Shown: positions 34,814-44,481, counted from the stretch's first letter. The stretch is 64,000 nucleotides of DNA from Candidatus Woesearchaeota archaeon (GCA_003599055.1 QZIM01000006.1:24615-88614); one strand, 5' to 3'. Numbers and translations: made by a program. The notes: generated from the sequence alone by a model not told the origin.

Positions 34814-35884
34814 ATGGGAATGAACACTTCTAAGGTTATGGGTGATACAACCCGTAAAAAGAGGGCTGATATCTTCAAAGACATAGTTGATAGCTTACGA
34901 AACGGCAGTCAAACAATACTTCAGATATCTAAAGCAACTGACATTAATTGGGAAACTGTAAAAAATTGTCTTGAAACGCTCAAAACGCTCAGTATCATTC
35001 AAGAAGAAGAAAAAAACGGAAAAACATTCTACTTCGTAGATGAAAGTAAGCTTATTCAAACTGAAGAGAACACTCTTTTGGGCTTGCCATTAACCGAAGA
35101 TCGAAAAAATGCAACATATGGTCTGTTCAAACGAATAATCGAACGATGGGAAAAGATACGCCCTGACCGAAAAATCAACAAGACATTTTTACATAAGATT
35201 CTGGTCAAGGTCGTCAAGAATAATGACAAGGATCTGAAATTCCCACATGGTTGGTATCTCTTTGGCGAGTGCGCAGTATTACAATGTGATCCAATGGACT
35301 GCAAAGAACAACCTTATCAAATTGGAACCGAATATGATGCAAAAATAGATGTGGTCGTAACTGAGTATTCTCAATTATCTTCAACACACGAGTTAATGCA
35401 AAGACAATATACTGACGAAGGGAATGAACTGTACACGTTGAGACTAAAAATCAGCGATAAACTTCTCAATAAATTCACCGAGACTTCAGTTCATGAACTC
35501 AAAAGAAGCCTCAAAGATTTTGTTTTCAGTTTCAAAAAAAATGAAGAAAACGAAGAACTCCTTGAATATTTGAATGGATTCCTTTCAATAGTTACTCGTC
35601 TTATCAATGGTCTTAAACTTGGAGAACTTGACGACATCAGACCAGTCATCAATGAAACGTTTATGTCAATTTGGGAGCTTCTTGCGACTTACAATCTTTA
35701 CAAATCTCTTGTCGAGCGCGGATACTACGAAAAGGCAACTATACGAAAATACTATACTCTACGCATGGGCAATTTGAAACACATTGCAGAAAGTTATCTA
35801 TCTGCACTACACGACTATTGCCCACCGTTACTAATCCCTCAAGAAGACCCACTGCGCAAGCTTATAACTCCTCAGGCATCCTGA
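34814..35884 (+). CDS. N-terminal winged-helix protein with a large uncharacterised C-terminal domain
   Basis: The wHTH-like segment is IFKDIVDSLRNGSQTILQISKATDINWETVKNCLETLKTLSII. The remaining roughly 280 aa have no recognised motif. The gene is divergent from the HEPN operon. Confidence 0.6.
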   Translation: MGMNTSKVMGDTTRKKRADIFKDIVDSLRNGSQTILQISKATDINWETVKNCLETLKTLSIIQEEEKNGKTFYFVDESKLIQTEENTLLGLPLTEDRKNATYGLFKRIIERWEKIRPDRKINKTFLHKILVKVVKNNDKDLKFPHGWYLFGECAVLQCDPMDCKEQPYQIGTEYDAKIDVVVTEYSQLSSTHELMQRQYTDEGNELYTLRLKISDKLLNKFTETSVHELKRSLKDFVFSFKKNEENEELLEYLNGFLSIVTRLINGLKLGELDDIRPVINETFMSIWELLATYNLYKSLVERGYYEKATIRKYYTLRMGNLKHIAESYLSALHDYCPPLLIPQEDPLRKLITPQAS

Positions 35885-36269
35885 TCTCAATAAGATTTCT
35901 GAACTCAGCAAAATCCTGAATGTTCCGCGTAACTATGCAAATTGCATTACCCTTTTTCGCCAAAACCACGTGCAAAGCATCAGGAAAGTTGTTATTTGAT
36001 AGTTCCCGAGCTTGTTTTTCATCGCCATCTGCTCTCAGAATGGTAATCACCTGCTCTTTTTTCAAATCACTAACTAACCTGTTAATCTCCTCTTCAGAAC
36101 GATACTTCTTGAACTCCTCAATAACCCAATCAGAAATAACCAACGAATACTCACCTTCTCTAATTTTACGAAAGACATTAAGCGCGAACTCACCTAAATC
36201 CCGGAAACGGTCTTTGCGACCTTCAAATAAGTCAATGTAGACATTAGTGTCTACGTAAATTTTATCCAT
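35862..36269 (-). CDS. PIN-domain (VapC-like) nuclease
   Basis: MDKIYVDTNVYIDL, ..ISDWVIEE.., DALHVVLA.. and CIVTRNIQDF supply the PIN acidic residues. No adjacent antitoxin ORF. Confidence 0.7.
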   Translation of the reverse strand: MDKIYVDTNVYIDLFEGRKDRFRDLGEFALNVFRKIREGEYSLVISDWVIEEFKKYRSEEEINRLVSDLKKEQVITILRADGDEKQARELSNNNFPDALHVVLAKKGNAICIVTRNIQDFAEFRNLIEIRMPEEL

Positions 36270-36356
36270 TGCCCGACTTATTCAGGAGGAATATAAAAAC
36301 ACTACTCCGGTTCACTATCAATAATTTTATAAGCAGCGTTCCTAAACTAAATCATA

Positions 36357-39062
36357 GTGAAAGAGCGCGCAAAAGAAAGGATTTCGCAGTTAGTCGCTAA
36401 ATATGAGCGTCTGAAAGCTGAAGGTAGATTGAAGTCCTATAATGAAGAGATGACGAAAAAGGACTTCATCCTTCCGTTATTCGAAGCGCTTGGATGGGAC
36501 GTTTATAATACGAATGTAGATGAAGTGTCTGCCGAAGAAAAAGTTTCCAAAGGACGCGTTGACTATGGATTTAGAATCGCGGGAATCCCCAAGTTCTTCC
36601 TTGAAGCAAAAGCCCTTAAAGCTGACCTTGAGGACCTAAAATGGGCTGAACAAGCAATCAATTACTCTTGGCACAAGGGCGTCGTTTGGGCAGTCCTTAC
36701 TGACTTTGAAACAGTTCGTGTATTCAATGCAGAAGTCAAAACTGCCAATCCTGCGCAAAGCCAATTCTTTGCTCTGTACACAAATCAATTTCTCGATAGA
36801 TTTGAGCAGTTATGGTTGTTATCCCACGAAAGTTTTGAAAAAGGCTTAATCAATGAAGAAGCAGAGAAATGGGGTAAAAAACTGAAGAAAATCCCTGTTG
36901 ATAAACAACTCCTTTCAGACTTCACTTCATTCAGGGAGTTGCTTTCTAAGAGCGTTTTAAAGAACAACCCACAGAAAAAACTCACTGAAGAAGATATCGA
37001 CGAGTCAGTGCAGAGGATACTTGACAGACTCATTTTCATTAGAACGACTGAGGACAAAGAGATTGAACCCCCGCACTTAATGCCTCTTCTGAGAGAAGAT
37101 ACTGGCAAAAGAGTTCTCAAGAAGTTAAACGTGCTTTTCAGATACTATGATGAAATCTATAACAGTAAATTGTTCCAGCCACACCTATGCGAAGACCTTG
37201 AGATTGATGATCACGTCCTAGAACACATAATTCAAGGTTTGTATTGTTCAAAAGAGTGGAGCATACACTACAACTTCGCCTTATTGGATGCTGACATTTT
37301 AGGAAGCATTTATGAGCAGTATTTGGGACACATTCTAAAGAAAACAGAAAAACGAGCTACGCTTACTGAAGGAAAAATACACAGAAAAGAACAAGGAATA
37401 TACTATACGCCCACATATATTGTTGATTACATCGTCAAGAACACCATTGGTGAATTGGCAAAAGACAAAAAGTTTGATATGGACAAGATAAAGATTCTCG
37501 ATCCTGCTTGCGGTTCAGGTTCATTCTTAATTAAAGCTTTTGACTTCCTCAATCAACATCATAGCAGAAAAGGAACTGGAGAACAGACAAAGATTGACAC
37601 AAGCGGAGTTGCCGCAACTTTTACTAAAAAACTCGAACTTCTCAAAAATAACATTTACGGCGTTGACTTGGACCCAAAAGCTGTTGAAATCGCGCAACTC
37701 AACCTCCTTCTAAAAGCAGCTGAGAAAAAGCATAGACTGCCAACACTCCAAAACAACATCAAATGCGGCAATTCATTAATAGACGACCCAAATATTGCAG
37801 GACAAAGGGCCTTCAAATGGGAGGATGAGTTCAGCACAATAATGAAAGACGGCGGATTTGATGTCGTGATTGGAAATCCGCCTTATGGCGCATCATTCAA
37901 TACTCAGGAAAAAGAATACTTCAATTCAAGATACACTTATGTAAAATCTGTTTATGAAAGTTACCGTTTATTCATAGAACTAGCTTCAAAATTAGTAAAG
38001 GATAGAGGATATATGGGGCTAATTGTCCCAAACACGTGGTTTTATTTAACAAATGCTGAAAACATGAGAAAGGAAATTTTGTCAAATTATTCAGTAACTA
38101 AATTGATTAATCTTCCACAAAGCGTTTTTGAGGATGCGACAGTCGATACTTGCATAATAATATTCAGAAAGGAACCTCCAAAAAATAATCAAGTTGAAAC
38201 TCACTTTTTTAATTATAAAGATAAAATTAACAGCCTTGAATGTATGAAATATTCTGAATTAAAGCAAAACGACTTTCTAAAAAATGCTGAATGCATAATT
38301 AATATCAATCGCAATGCAGAAGATGTTAAACTAATTTCAAAAATTAAAAAGCAACCTCAAGTTTTAGATGAGTATGTTACAATAATAACTGGGATAAAAC
38401 CATATCAAGTCGGAAAAGGTGTGCCTCCTCAAACAAAAAAGGATTTAGAGGAGAAAAACTTCACTGCAACTTATCAAAAAGATAAATCATTTAAACCTTG
38501 GTTAACTGGGAAATTTATCTCCAGATACCAAGTTTTACCAAATAAAGAATTCATAAAATATGGTGCTTGGCTTGCAGAACCAAAAATACCTGATATTTTT
38601 GAAAAGGATAGGATAGTTTTACAACAAATACGGAATCCCTCATTGCCCCGTCGTATTATTGCCACTTTTATTAAAGGGGGAATATATACTAATAATGGAA
38701 TTCATAATCTAATCCCGAAAAATGACGAGCAGACTTTTTGGATTCTTGGAATATTGAACTCTAAATTGATGAATTATTACTTTGCATCACATTACAATGA
38801 TGTAAATATCAAACCATCTAATTTATACAGTTTACCTTATCCTGTTTATGATAACAAATCAAAACTATCAGAACTCGTATCAAAAATTGTTTTTATCGGT
38901 CAAAAACTCACACAATTAGAAGGTAAACAAACCGATGAACAGGTTCAATTAGAAAAAGAATTCAAAAAATTGGATAAGGAAATCGATGAAAAAGTTTATG
39001 AAATATATGGCTTGAATGAATCTGAGCGAAAAGTAATAGAAGACCACCTCAAAAGTAACTGA
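36357..39062 (+). CDS. Type IIG restriction-modification fusion enzyme (PD-(D/E)xK nuclease + N6-adenine methyltransferase + specificity region)
   Basis: The N-terminus has HsdR_N-like FILPLFEALGWDV...GRVDYGF...FFLEAKA (D...ExK). Methyltransferase motif I is ILDPACGSGSFLI and motif IV is VIGNPPYG. 901 aa with a GTG start. Confidence 0.8.
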   Translation: MKERAKERISQLVAKYERLKAEGRLKSYNEEMTKKDFILPLFEALGWDVYNTNVDEVSAEEKVSKGRVDYGFRIAGIPKFFLEAKALKADLEDLKWAEQAINYSWHKGVVWAVLTDFETVRVFNAEVKTANPAQSQFFALYTNQFLDRFEQLWLLSHESFEKGLINEEAEKWGKKLKKIPVDKQLLSDFTSFRELLSKSVLKNNPQKKLTEEDIDESVQRILDRLIFIRTTEDKEIEPPHLMPLLREDTGKRVLKKLNVLFRYYDEIYNSKLFQPHLCEDLEIDDHVLEHIIQGLYCSKEWSIHYNFALLDADILGSIYEQYLGHILKKTEKRATLTEGKIHRKEQGIYYTPTYIVDYIVKNTIGELAKDKKFDMDKIKILDPACGSGSFLIKAFDFLNQHHSRKGTGEQTKIDTSGVAATFTKKLELLKNNIYGVDLDPKAVEIAQLNLLLKAAEKKHRLPTLQNNIKCGNSLIDDPNIAGQRAFKWEDEFSTIMKDGGFDVVIGNPPYGASFNTQEKEYFNSRYTYVKSVYESYRLFIELASKLVKDRGYMGLIVPNTWFYLTNAENMRKEILSNYSVTKLINLPQSVFEDATVDTCIIIFRKEPPKNNQVETHFFNYKDKINSLECMKYSELKQNDFLKNAECIININRNAEDVKLISKIKKQPQVLDEYVTIITGIKPYQVGKGVPPQTKKDLEEKNFTATYQKDKSFKPWLTGKFISRYQVLPNKEFIKYGAWLAEPKIPDIFEKDRIVLQQIRNPSLPRRIIATFIKGGIYTNNGIHNLIPKNDEQTFWILGILNSKLMNYYFASHYNDVNIKPSNLYSLPYPVYDNKSKLSELVSKIVFIGQKLTQLEGKQTDEQVQLEKEFKKLDKEIDEKVYEIYGLNESERKVIEDHLKSN

Positions 39063-39296
39063 TTTTTGGCAAAATAAACCAGTTGTCGATTTTTTAGCTC
39101 TGTCTGGGGACTGCTTTTCATCGTTGATACATTTCATCAAGCAGTTTGTTGTTGCATTATACTGTTTTGCCAGCTTATCCTTGAACTGGGTGCTCAAGCC
39201 AAGAAACTCCAAGATTTTCTGGTCTTTGAAAACTGAGTGCAACTCTCTCAAAACTATTCTGGTTCCCTTACCAGACGATAAATGACGGGATTTTCA

Positions 39297-39368
39297 AGCC
39301 TCCGGAGGGATTTGAACCCCCGACCTACTGCTTACGAAGCAGTCGCTCTGCCGCTGAGCTACGGAGGC
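39297..39368 (-). tRNA. tRNA-Thr (anticodon CGU)
   Basis: Folded by hand as GCCUCCG/CGGAGGC acceptor, GCUC/GAGC D stem, ACUGC-UUCGUAA-GCAGU anticodon arm and GGGGG-UUCAAAU-CCCUC T arm. No encoded CCA. Confidence 0.9.
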
Positions 39369-39455
39369 GGCACGGTTGGTAGCGACGATGGACCATTTAA
39401 AAAGGTTGTGGGAAGGATTCACAAAACATAAAAAGGCAAAAGGAACAAAAAGACT

Positions 39456-39770
39456 ATGATTCTCACCACCACGGAAACCATCCCCGGCAAGACAGTTAAA
39501 GACATTCTCGGCATTGCCAAAGGAAGCACGGTTCGCGCAAAACACATCGGCAGAGACATAATGGCCGGGCTTAAACACCTCGTCGGCGGAGAACTGAAAG
39601 GATATACCGAAATGCTCAACGAAGCGCGCGAAGAAGCGCTCAAACGAATGCGGGACGATGCCAAAAAGAAAGGCGCGGACGCGGTCGTTTGCGTACGCCT
39701 TGTCACCTCCGAACTTATGCAGGGCGCAGCAGAAGTCTCCGCATACGGAACCGCAGTCAAACTCAAGTAA
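39456..39770 (+). CDS. YbjQ/UPF0145 family protein
   Basis: MILTTTETIPG..V..ILGIAKGSTVRAKHIGRDIMAGLK.LVGGE...Y..ML..AREEAL.RM is a near-consensus UPF0145 sequence. Confidence 0.8.
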   Translation: MILTTTETIPGKTVKDILGIAKGSTVRAKHIGRDIMAGLKHLVGGELKGYTEMLNEAREEALKRMRDDAKKKGADAVVCVRLVTSELMQGAAEVSAYGTAVKLK

Positions 39771-39802
39771 GTATTATATAGCACATTCTTTGGCACCCGC
39801 AT

Positions 39803-40264
39803 ATGGACGAACATTCCTACAAAGAACTGCAAAAAAAGCACACCCTGCTCCCCGAATGGGCAGACATCAACCGCGAATTCGAAATCTGCACCATCGACAC
39901 CGAACACTTCCCCTTACGCATGATACTTCGCAAAATGGCCGAGCGCATCGAGCCCGTCCTTGAAATCCTCGAGCGCGCAATCACCCCCGACCCCAACCGG
40001 TTCACCGACATGTACGAATGCAGGTGCATCTCAAACGGCGACAAAAAACAGCTCCTTGACGTCTTTCGCCACTTAATGGAACACCACCGCCTCCTCCTTG
40101 AAGCAGACCTTACCTGCGAAGAAAAAACCGAACTTGAAACCATCCGCAAAGTCCACGACCTTTGGCTATCAGAGAAAAAACACGTCATCGGATTCGTCAA
40201 AAAGCTCCGCGCGTGCTGGCAAAAACACGTCGAGCCAAAAGAACTCCTTGACTACTTAGGCTAA
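39803..40264 (+). CDS. Hypothetical protein
   Basis: 153-aa helical ORF. The stop overlaps the adk start. Confidence 0.5.
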   Translation: MDEHSYKELQKKHTLLPEWADINREFEICTIDTEHFPLRMILRKMAERIEPVLEILERAITPDPNRFTDMYECRCISNGDKKQLLDVFRHLMEHHRLLLEADLTCEEKTELETIRKVHDLWLSEKKHVIGFVKKLRACWQKHVEPKELLDYLG

Positions 40265-40887
40265 TGAACATCATCCTCCTCGGACCCCAAGGCTCAGGAA
40301 AATCAGTCCAGGCACGGCTTCTTGCAGAACGATTCGGCTTCCACCACCTCGCAACCGGCGACCTCATCAGGCTCGGCATTGAACAAAAAGATCCGGACGC
40401 ACTTGCCATCAAACAATATACCGACCAAGGAAAACTCGTCCCCACAAAAACCGTCATCGCATTCGTCAAAAAACACCTCAAAGAACACAACCTCTTTGAC
40501 GGCATCCCCCGAACACTCCCCCAGGCAGAAGCACTTGACACCCTCGTCCACATCGACCTTGTCATCGCCCTTGAACTTGACGATAACACCGCAATCAAAC
40601 GCATCGGCTCGCGCAAGACCTGCCCCACCTGCCAGGCAGTCTATGGCCCCACCAACCCGCCGCGAAAAAAAGACGCCTGCGACCACGACGGAAGCGCGCT
40701 TGCCGTCAGAAAAGACGATTCACCGGATGCCATCAGAAGACGCCTTGCCATCTACCGGGAAAAAACCGAACCCCTCATCGAGTATTACAAGCCGCGCGAC
40801 ATCGTCTTCACGATTGATGCATCACAAGACATTTCCGCAATATTCAGCGAAATAAGCGCCCTTATCGAGCAACACTCTGCCGAATAA
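40264..40887 (+). CDS. adk: Adenylate kinase (long, Zn-lid type)
   Basis: P-loop LLGPQGSGKS, GDLIR, and the lid CPTC....C.HDG. Confidence 0.85.
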   Translation: MNIILLGPQGSGKSVQARLLAERFGFHHLATGDLIRLGIEQKDPDALAIKQYTDQGKLVPTKTVIAFVKKHLKEHNLFDGIPRTLPQAEALDTLVHIDLVIALELDDNTAIKRIGSRKTCPTCQAVYGPTNPPRKKDACDHDGSALAVRKDDSPDAIRRRLAIYREKTEPLIEYYKPRDIVFTIDASQDISAIFSEISALIEQHSAE

Positions 40888-41758
40888 ACTCGGTCGCATA
40901 ACAGCCCTTTTGCAGGAAAAAAGAGAGAACCACTTTCTTTTTCCCCGAAAAACACTCATCATCCTCAAGCGAGCCCACAACCAACTCTTTTACCTCACAC
41001 CAGACCGCGCGAACAGACCCCTCTGCACTCACCTCAGGCAACTCACGAATCACAAAATCAGACGGGCGAATCCCTTCCTCCTCAAGAACCGACCGTGTTG
41101 CACCGTCATTCACTTCAGTCCCAAAACCCACCACCGGTAAATGCTCTTCCGCTGAACGCATCGCCGCGCGGTTCCAGAGCAAACTTTGATACGCGTGCAC
41201 GTAAAATATGAGCTTTTTGCGCCCGCACTTTCGCAGCGCGCCAACCACATCACTTCCTCTCACTTCAAGCCCGAGCAGAGCAGCCGCCTGCCGAAACTCC
41301 CTCTTCACGATATGCTTCCCAACCTGCGCATTCTGCGTGCTTAAACGCTGGACTCCGTAGAGATTGCGAAACTTGGGCAAAAACACCGGAAGCAAATCCA
41401 GCCCCCGCAGGGTAATTCTGAAACGATTCCCCTCCAAATCACCAATGTGCACCGGCTCATCACCAAAGCCAAGCAACATTACTGAAACCCCCTGCACATT
41501 AACGTTTTCCAGCCGTTCAGCACTGATGCCGTCCGCAGAACACACCTGGCTTGTTACGGCAATCTTATCCTTAAGCCCTGCAAAACCAAACCGCGTTTCA
41601 GGAACGGAGAGCGCTCTTGCGATGTCCCTTATCGCATCCGCAGTATTCCGATTGCGCTTTTTGAGCAGAAAATAGACAAAGCGACCGGACTCTTTTGGGA
41701 CAATGGTACTGACTTCATCAACGATAAAGTCTTCGGGAAGATGCTTGAGGACTGCCAT
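40862..41758 (-). CDS. truD: tRNA pseudouridine synthase TruD/Pus7-like (short form)
   Basis: PEDFIVDEV at the N-terminus and FGFAGLKDKIAVTSQ (catalytic Asp motif). Convergent 26-nt overlap with adk. Confidence 0.75.
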   Translation of the reverse strand: MAVLKHLPEDFIVDEVSTIVPKESGRFVYFLLKKRNRNTADAIRDIARALSVPETRFGFAGLKDKIAVTSQVCSADGISAERLENVNVQGVSVMLLGFGDEPVHIGDLEGNRFRITLRGLDLLPVFLPKFRNLYGVQRLSTQNAQVGKHIVKREFRQAAALLGLEVRGSDVVGALRKCGRKKLIFYVHAYQSLLWNRAAMRSAEEHLPVVGFGTEVNDGATRSVLEEEGIRPSDFVIRELPEVSAEGSVRAVWCEVKELVVGSLEDDECFSGKKKVVLSFFLQKGCYATEFIRQSVAR

Positions 41759-41770
41759 ATTTGAATAAAA

Positions 41771-41845
41771 CGCGCCGTGGAGGATTTGAACCCCCGGCCT
41801 ATGGGTTAGGACCCCACCGCTCTATCCAGGCTGAGCTAACGGCGC
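41771..41845 (-). tRNA. tRNA-Arg (anticodon CCU)
   Basis: Folded by hand as GCGCCGU/ACGGCGC acceptor, GCUC/GAGC D stem, GUGGG-GUCCUAA-CCCAU anticodon arm and GGGGG-UUCAAAU-CCUCC T arm. G at position 32 is unusual. Confidence 0.8.
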
Positions 41846-41879
41846 ATGAAAACAGACCGCAAAAACACGGTATAAAAAC

Positions 41880-43115
41880 CTACCGCCACGTCCTCTTGGA
41901 CCTTCGCACTTCCTTTGCAATCGAGGAAATCCAGTTCAGCGCGCTAAAATACGGCATCACGAGCGTGTAGGCAACAAACGGCATAATATTGCGCAAGAAC
42001 TGCTCCTTAAACAACTTATGCGCTGCGTGAATCAAATACAGGCCGATTATAAGCGTAATCGTCAAAGGCAACGTCACCTGCACGTTGCGCGCAAGCACAA
42101 ACTGCTTGAGCGTCGGAATGCTCGTCAATTGCGCCCAAAAATAGCCGTCAATTGAAATGCTGCGCAGGAAAAACTCAACCCACCGGTCCATTGCATCAAA
42201 CGAAATGAGCCCGATATTCAGGATAAGAAGGCCGACCGCCAAAACATTCACCGGCATTTGGAACGTTCCCAAAAGGCCGTGCGCCTTATTGAAAATCATC
42301 TTCCGATAGTTCCACATATTGTAAATGTAGCCGCGGCTCCACCTTGTTCGCTGCTTCCAAATTGCCTTCGGACTTGCCGGAACGTGCGTGTATGACGTCG
42401 CGCGCGGCTCCATAACCACCCTGTACCCCGCGTGCCGCAAGCGAAGCGCAATCTCAAAATCCTCCGTCAAATTCTCACGATTGTCATCAAAACCGCCAAC
42501 CTTTCGCAGCGTCTTTACCCGAAACATCGTGCAGGCGCCGTGCGTGATTGCAAGCGTGCCGAAATTATTCATCAAAAAGCGCGTGAGTGAAGACATCACA
42601 TACTCAAAACGCTGCATCCGCTGGAAAAAGTTCTTTGGCTCATCAACGCGGATACGGCTGATGACCGCGCCCGCCCGCTCATCCTTAAAATGCGGAATCA
42701 TCCAATGCAGGACATCCCTTTCCACACGGCTATCCGCATCCATCACCACAAAAAACTCGCCCCCGGCATTCTTGAGCGCAAGATTGAGCGCGCTTGCCTT
42801 ACCGCCGTTTGCCTTATTGATAAGCGTCACTTCCGGATGGGATTTGATAAACTTTCGCACCAGCGCAGCGGTCCTGTCCGTACTCCCGTCATTCACGATA
42901 ATAATCTGCTTTTTGCCTTTCGGATAGTCAACCTCAATGAGCGATTGCAGCGTGCGCAAAACGGTCTTTTCCTCGTTCCACACCGCCGTTCCGAACGTGA
43001 CCTTGGGAACCGCATCCTTTCGCGGACGCCTTGCAGGCATTGCCAAATAGCTCAGCCACACCAAACTCAGCCAAAGCGTCACGAACGTGATAGCCCAAAC
43101 TATATACTGTAGCAT
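41880..43115 (-). CDS. Processive family-2 glycosyltransferase (membrane-embedded, PgaC/NodC-like)
   Basis: IIIVNDGSTDRT, VVMDADS (DxD) and QRTRWSRG (QxxRW), with TM helices at both ends. Confidence 0.8.
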   Translation of the reverse strand: MLQYIVWAITFVTLWLSLVWLSYLAMPARRPRKDAVPKVTFGTAVWNEEKTVLRTLQSLIEVDYPKGKKQIIIVNDGSTDRTAALVRKFIKSHPEVTLINKANGGKASALNLALKNAGGEFFVVMDADSRVERDVLHWMIPHFKDERAGAVISRIRVDEPKNFFQRMQRFEYVMSSLTRFLMNNFGTLAITHGACTMFRVKTLRKVGGFDDNRENLTEDFEIALRLRHAGYRVVMEPRATSYTHVPASPKAIWKQRTRWSRGYIYNMWNYRKMIFNKAHGLLGTFQMPVNVLAVGLLILNIGLISFDAMDRWVEFFLRSISIDGYFWAQLTSIPTLKQFVLARNVQVTLPLTITLIIGLYLIHAAHKLFKEQFLRNIMPFVAYTLVMPYFSALNWISSIAKEVRRSKRTWR

Positions 43116-43215
43116 AGTGAAAGGAATTCAGTTTTGCCCTTTATAAGCTTTTCGGTCTTTCCCGAGGAGAACCCACACCCGAACATTTTTAAATCCCGTC
43201 ACGATTTTTAACCCT

Positions 43216-44481
43216 ATGAAGACCGCACGCCCGGGCGACCTTGTCCTGATTAAGACCGCCTCAGAAACACTCGAAGGCACTTTCCTTACCCGCTCCGAAC
43301 TCCTTGACAAAAACATCCTCGTCCTCAAACTCCCAACCGGCTACAACATCGGCATCCACCGCAAAAACATCAAAAAAATCACAACCCTTCGCCCCGCACA
43401 CACCCCCCTTGCGCCCGCGCCAAAAGCACAACACAACCCGAACCTCCCCACCATCGCAATCCTCTCCACCGGCGGAACCATCTCAAGCAAAATCGACTAC
43501 CGCACGGGCGGCGTCCACGCAGACTACACTGCCGATGACTTTTGCGCCATGCTCCCCGAACTTTCCCTCATTGCCAACATCACCACCAAAAAAGTCCTCA
43601 ACATTATGAGCGAAGATGCAACCCCTGCAGACTGGCTCGCCATTGCAGAAAACACCATTGACGCACTTCGCAAAGCAGACGGCGTTGTCATCACCCACGG
43701 CACAGACACGATGCACTACACCGCAGCAGCACTCTCCTTTCTCCTCAAAGATCTTGGAAAACCCGTCATCCTCACCGGCGCACAACGCTCCATAGACCGC
43801 GGCTCATCAGACGCATTCATGAACCTCCTTTGCGCGGTCACCGCCGCCGCACAATGGAACTCCCGCGAAGTTGCCATCTGCATGCACGCAAGCATGAACG
43901 ACGACTACTGCCACCTCATCCGCGGAACAAAAGCCCGCAAAATGCACACCTCGCGCAGAGACGCCTTTCGCGCAGTCAATGACACTCCCCTTGCCCGCGT
44001 TTACCCCGACGGCCGCATTGAAGAACTTGCGCCCGCACAACCGCGCAGGGACACGACACCCGAACTTCGCCCAATCGACAAGCACGTCAGCCTCATCTAC
44101 GCGCACCCCAACCTTCACCCGCAGGAAATCGAACTGTGCCTCAAACAAAAAACAAAAGCAATCCTCATTGCGGCAACCGGGCTTGGCAACCTCCCCATCC
44201 ACACTAAAGAAAAGATTCTCCCCGCGCTCCTCAAAGCCGCAAAAAAAGTCCCCATCTTCATCTGCGCACAAACCCCCTTTGGCAGAGTCCACCCGAACGT
44301 CTACAGCACCATGCGCGAACTCAGCATCCTGTGCGGCGCGCACTACCTTGAAGATATGCACGCAGAAACCGCCCTTGCAAAATTATGCGTCGCAGTCACG
44401 CACAAAGACCCCCTCACATTCATGCGCGAGAATATTGCAGGAGAATACACCGACCGGAGCCTTGATGACCACTTCCTATGA
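43216..44481 (+). CDS. gatD: Glu-tRNA(Gln) amidotransferase subunit D
   Basis: N-terminal GatD-specific domain followed by asparaginase motifs ILSTGGTISS and ITHGTDTM. Confidence 0.9.
   Translation: MKTARPGDLVLIKTASETLEGTFLTRSELLDKNILVLKLPTGYNIGIHRKNIKKITTLRPAHTPLAPAPKAQHNPNLPTIAILSTGGTISSKIDYRTGGVHADYTADDFCAMLPELSLIANITTKKVLNIMSEDATPADWLAIAENTIDALRKADGVVITHGTDTMHYTAAALSFLLKDLGKPVILTGAQRSIDRGSSDAFMNLLCAVTAAAQWNSREVAICMHASMNDDYCHLIRGTKARKMHTSRRDAFRAVNDTPLARVYPDGRIEELAPAQPRRDTTPELRPIDKHVSLIYAHPNLHPQEIELCLKQKTKAILIAATGLGNLPIHTKEKILPALLKAAKKVPIFICAQTPFGRVHPNVYSTMRELSILCGAHYLEDMHAETALAKLCVAVTHKDPLTFMRENIAGEYTDRSLDDHFL

Larger units (their letters stand above)
32900..39296. mobile_element. Low-GC genomic island with defence-type cargo, ending at the 3' end of tRNA-Thr
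   Basis: Composition drops abruptly. A spot count of 38161-38220 gives 15 of 60 G+C, against 36 of 60 at 45001-45060. Cargo is the HEPN operon, a wHTH protein, a PIN protein and a type IIG RM. I found no integrase and no att repeat. Confidence 0.55.

Noticed and set aside
38949-39251. 100-aa minus-strand ORF between the RM gene and tRNA-Thr
   Set aside because: Its last 38 codons overlap the RM gene 3' end. It has no motif, and the tail is Phe/Ile-rich. It could be a remnant (for example of an integrase or regulator), but I cannot support that from the sequence.
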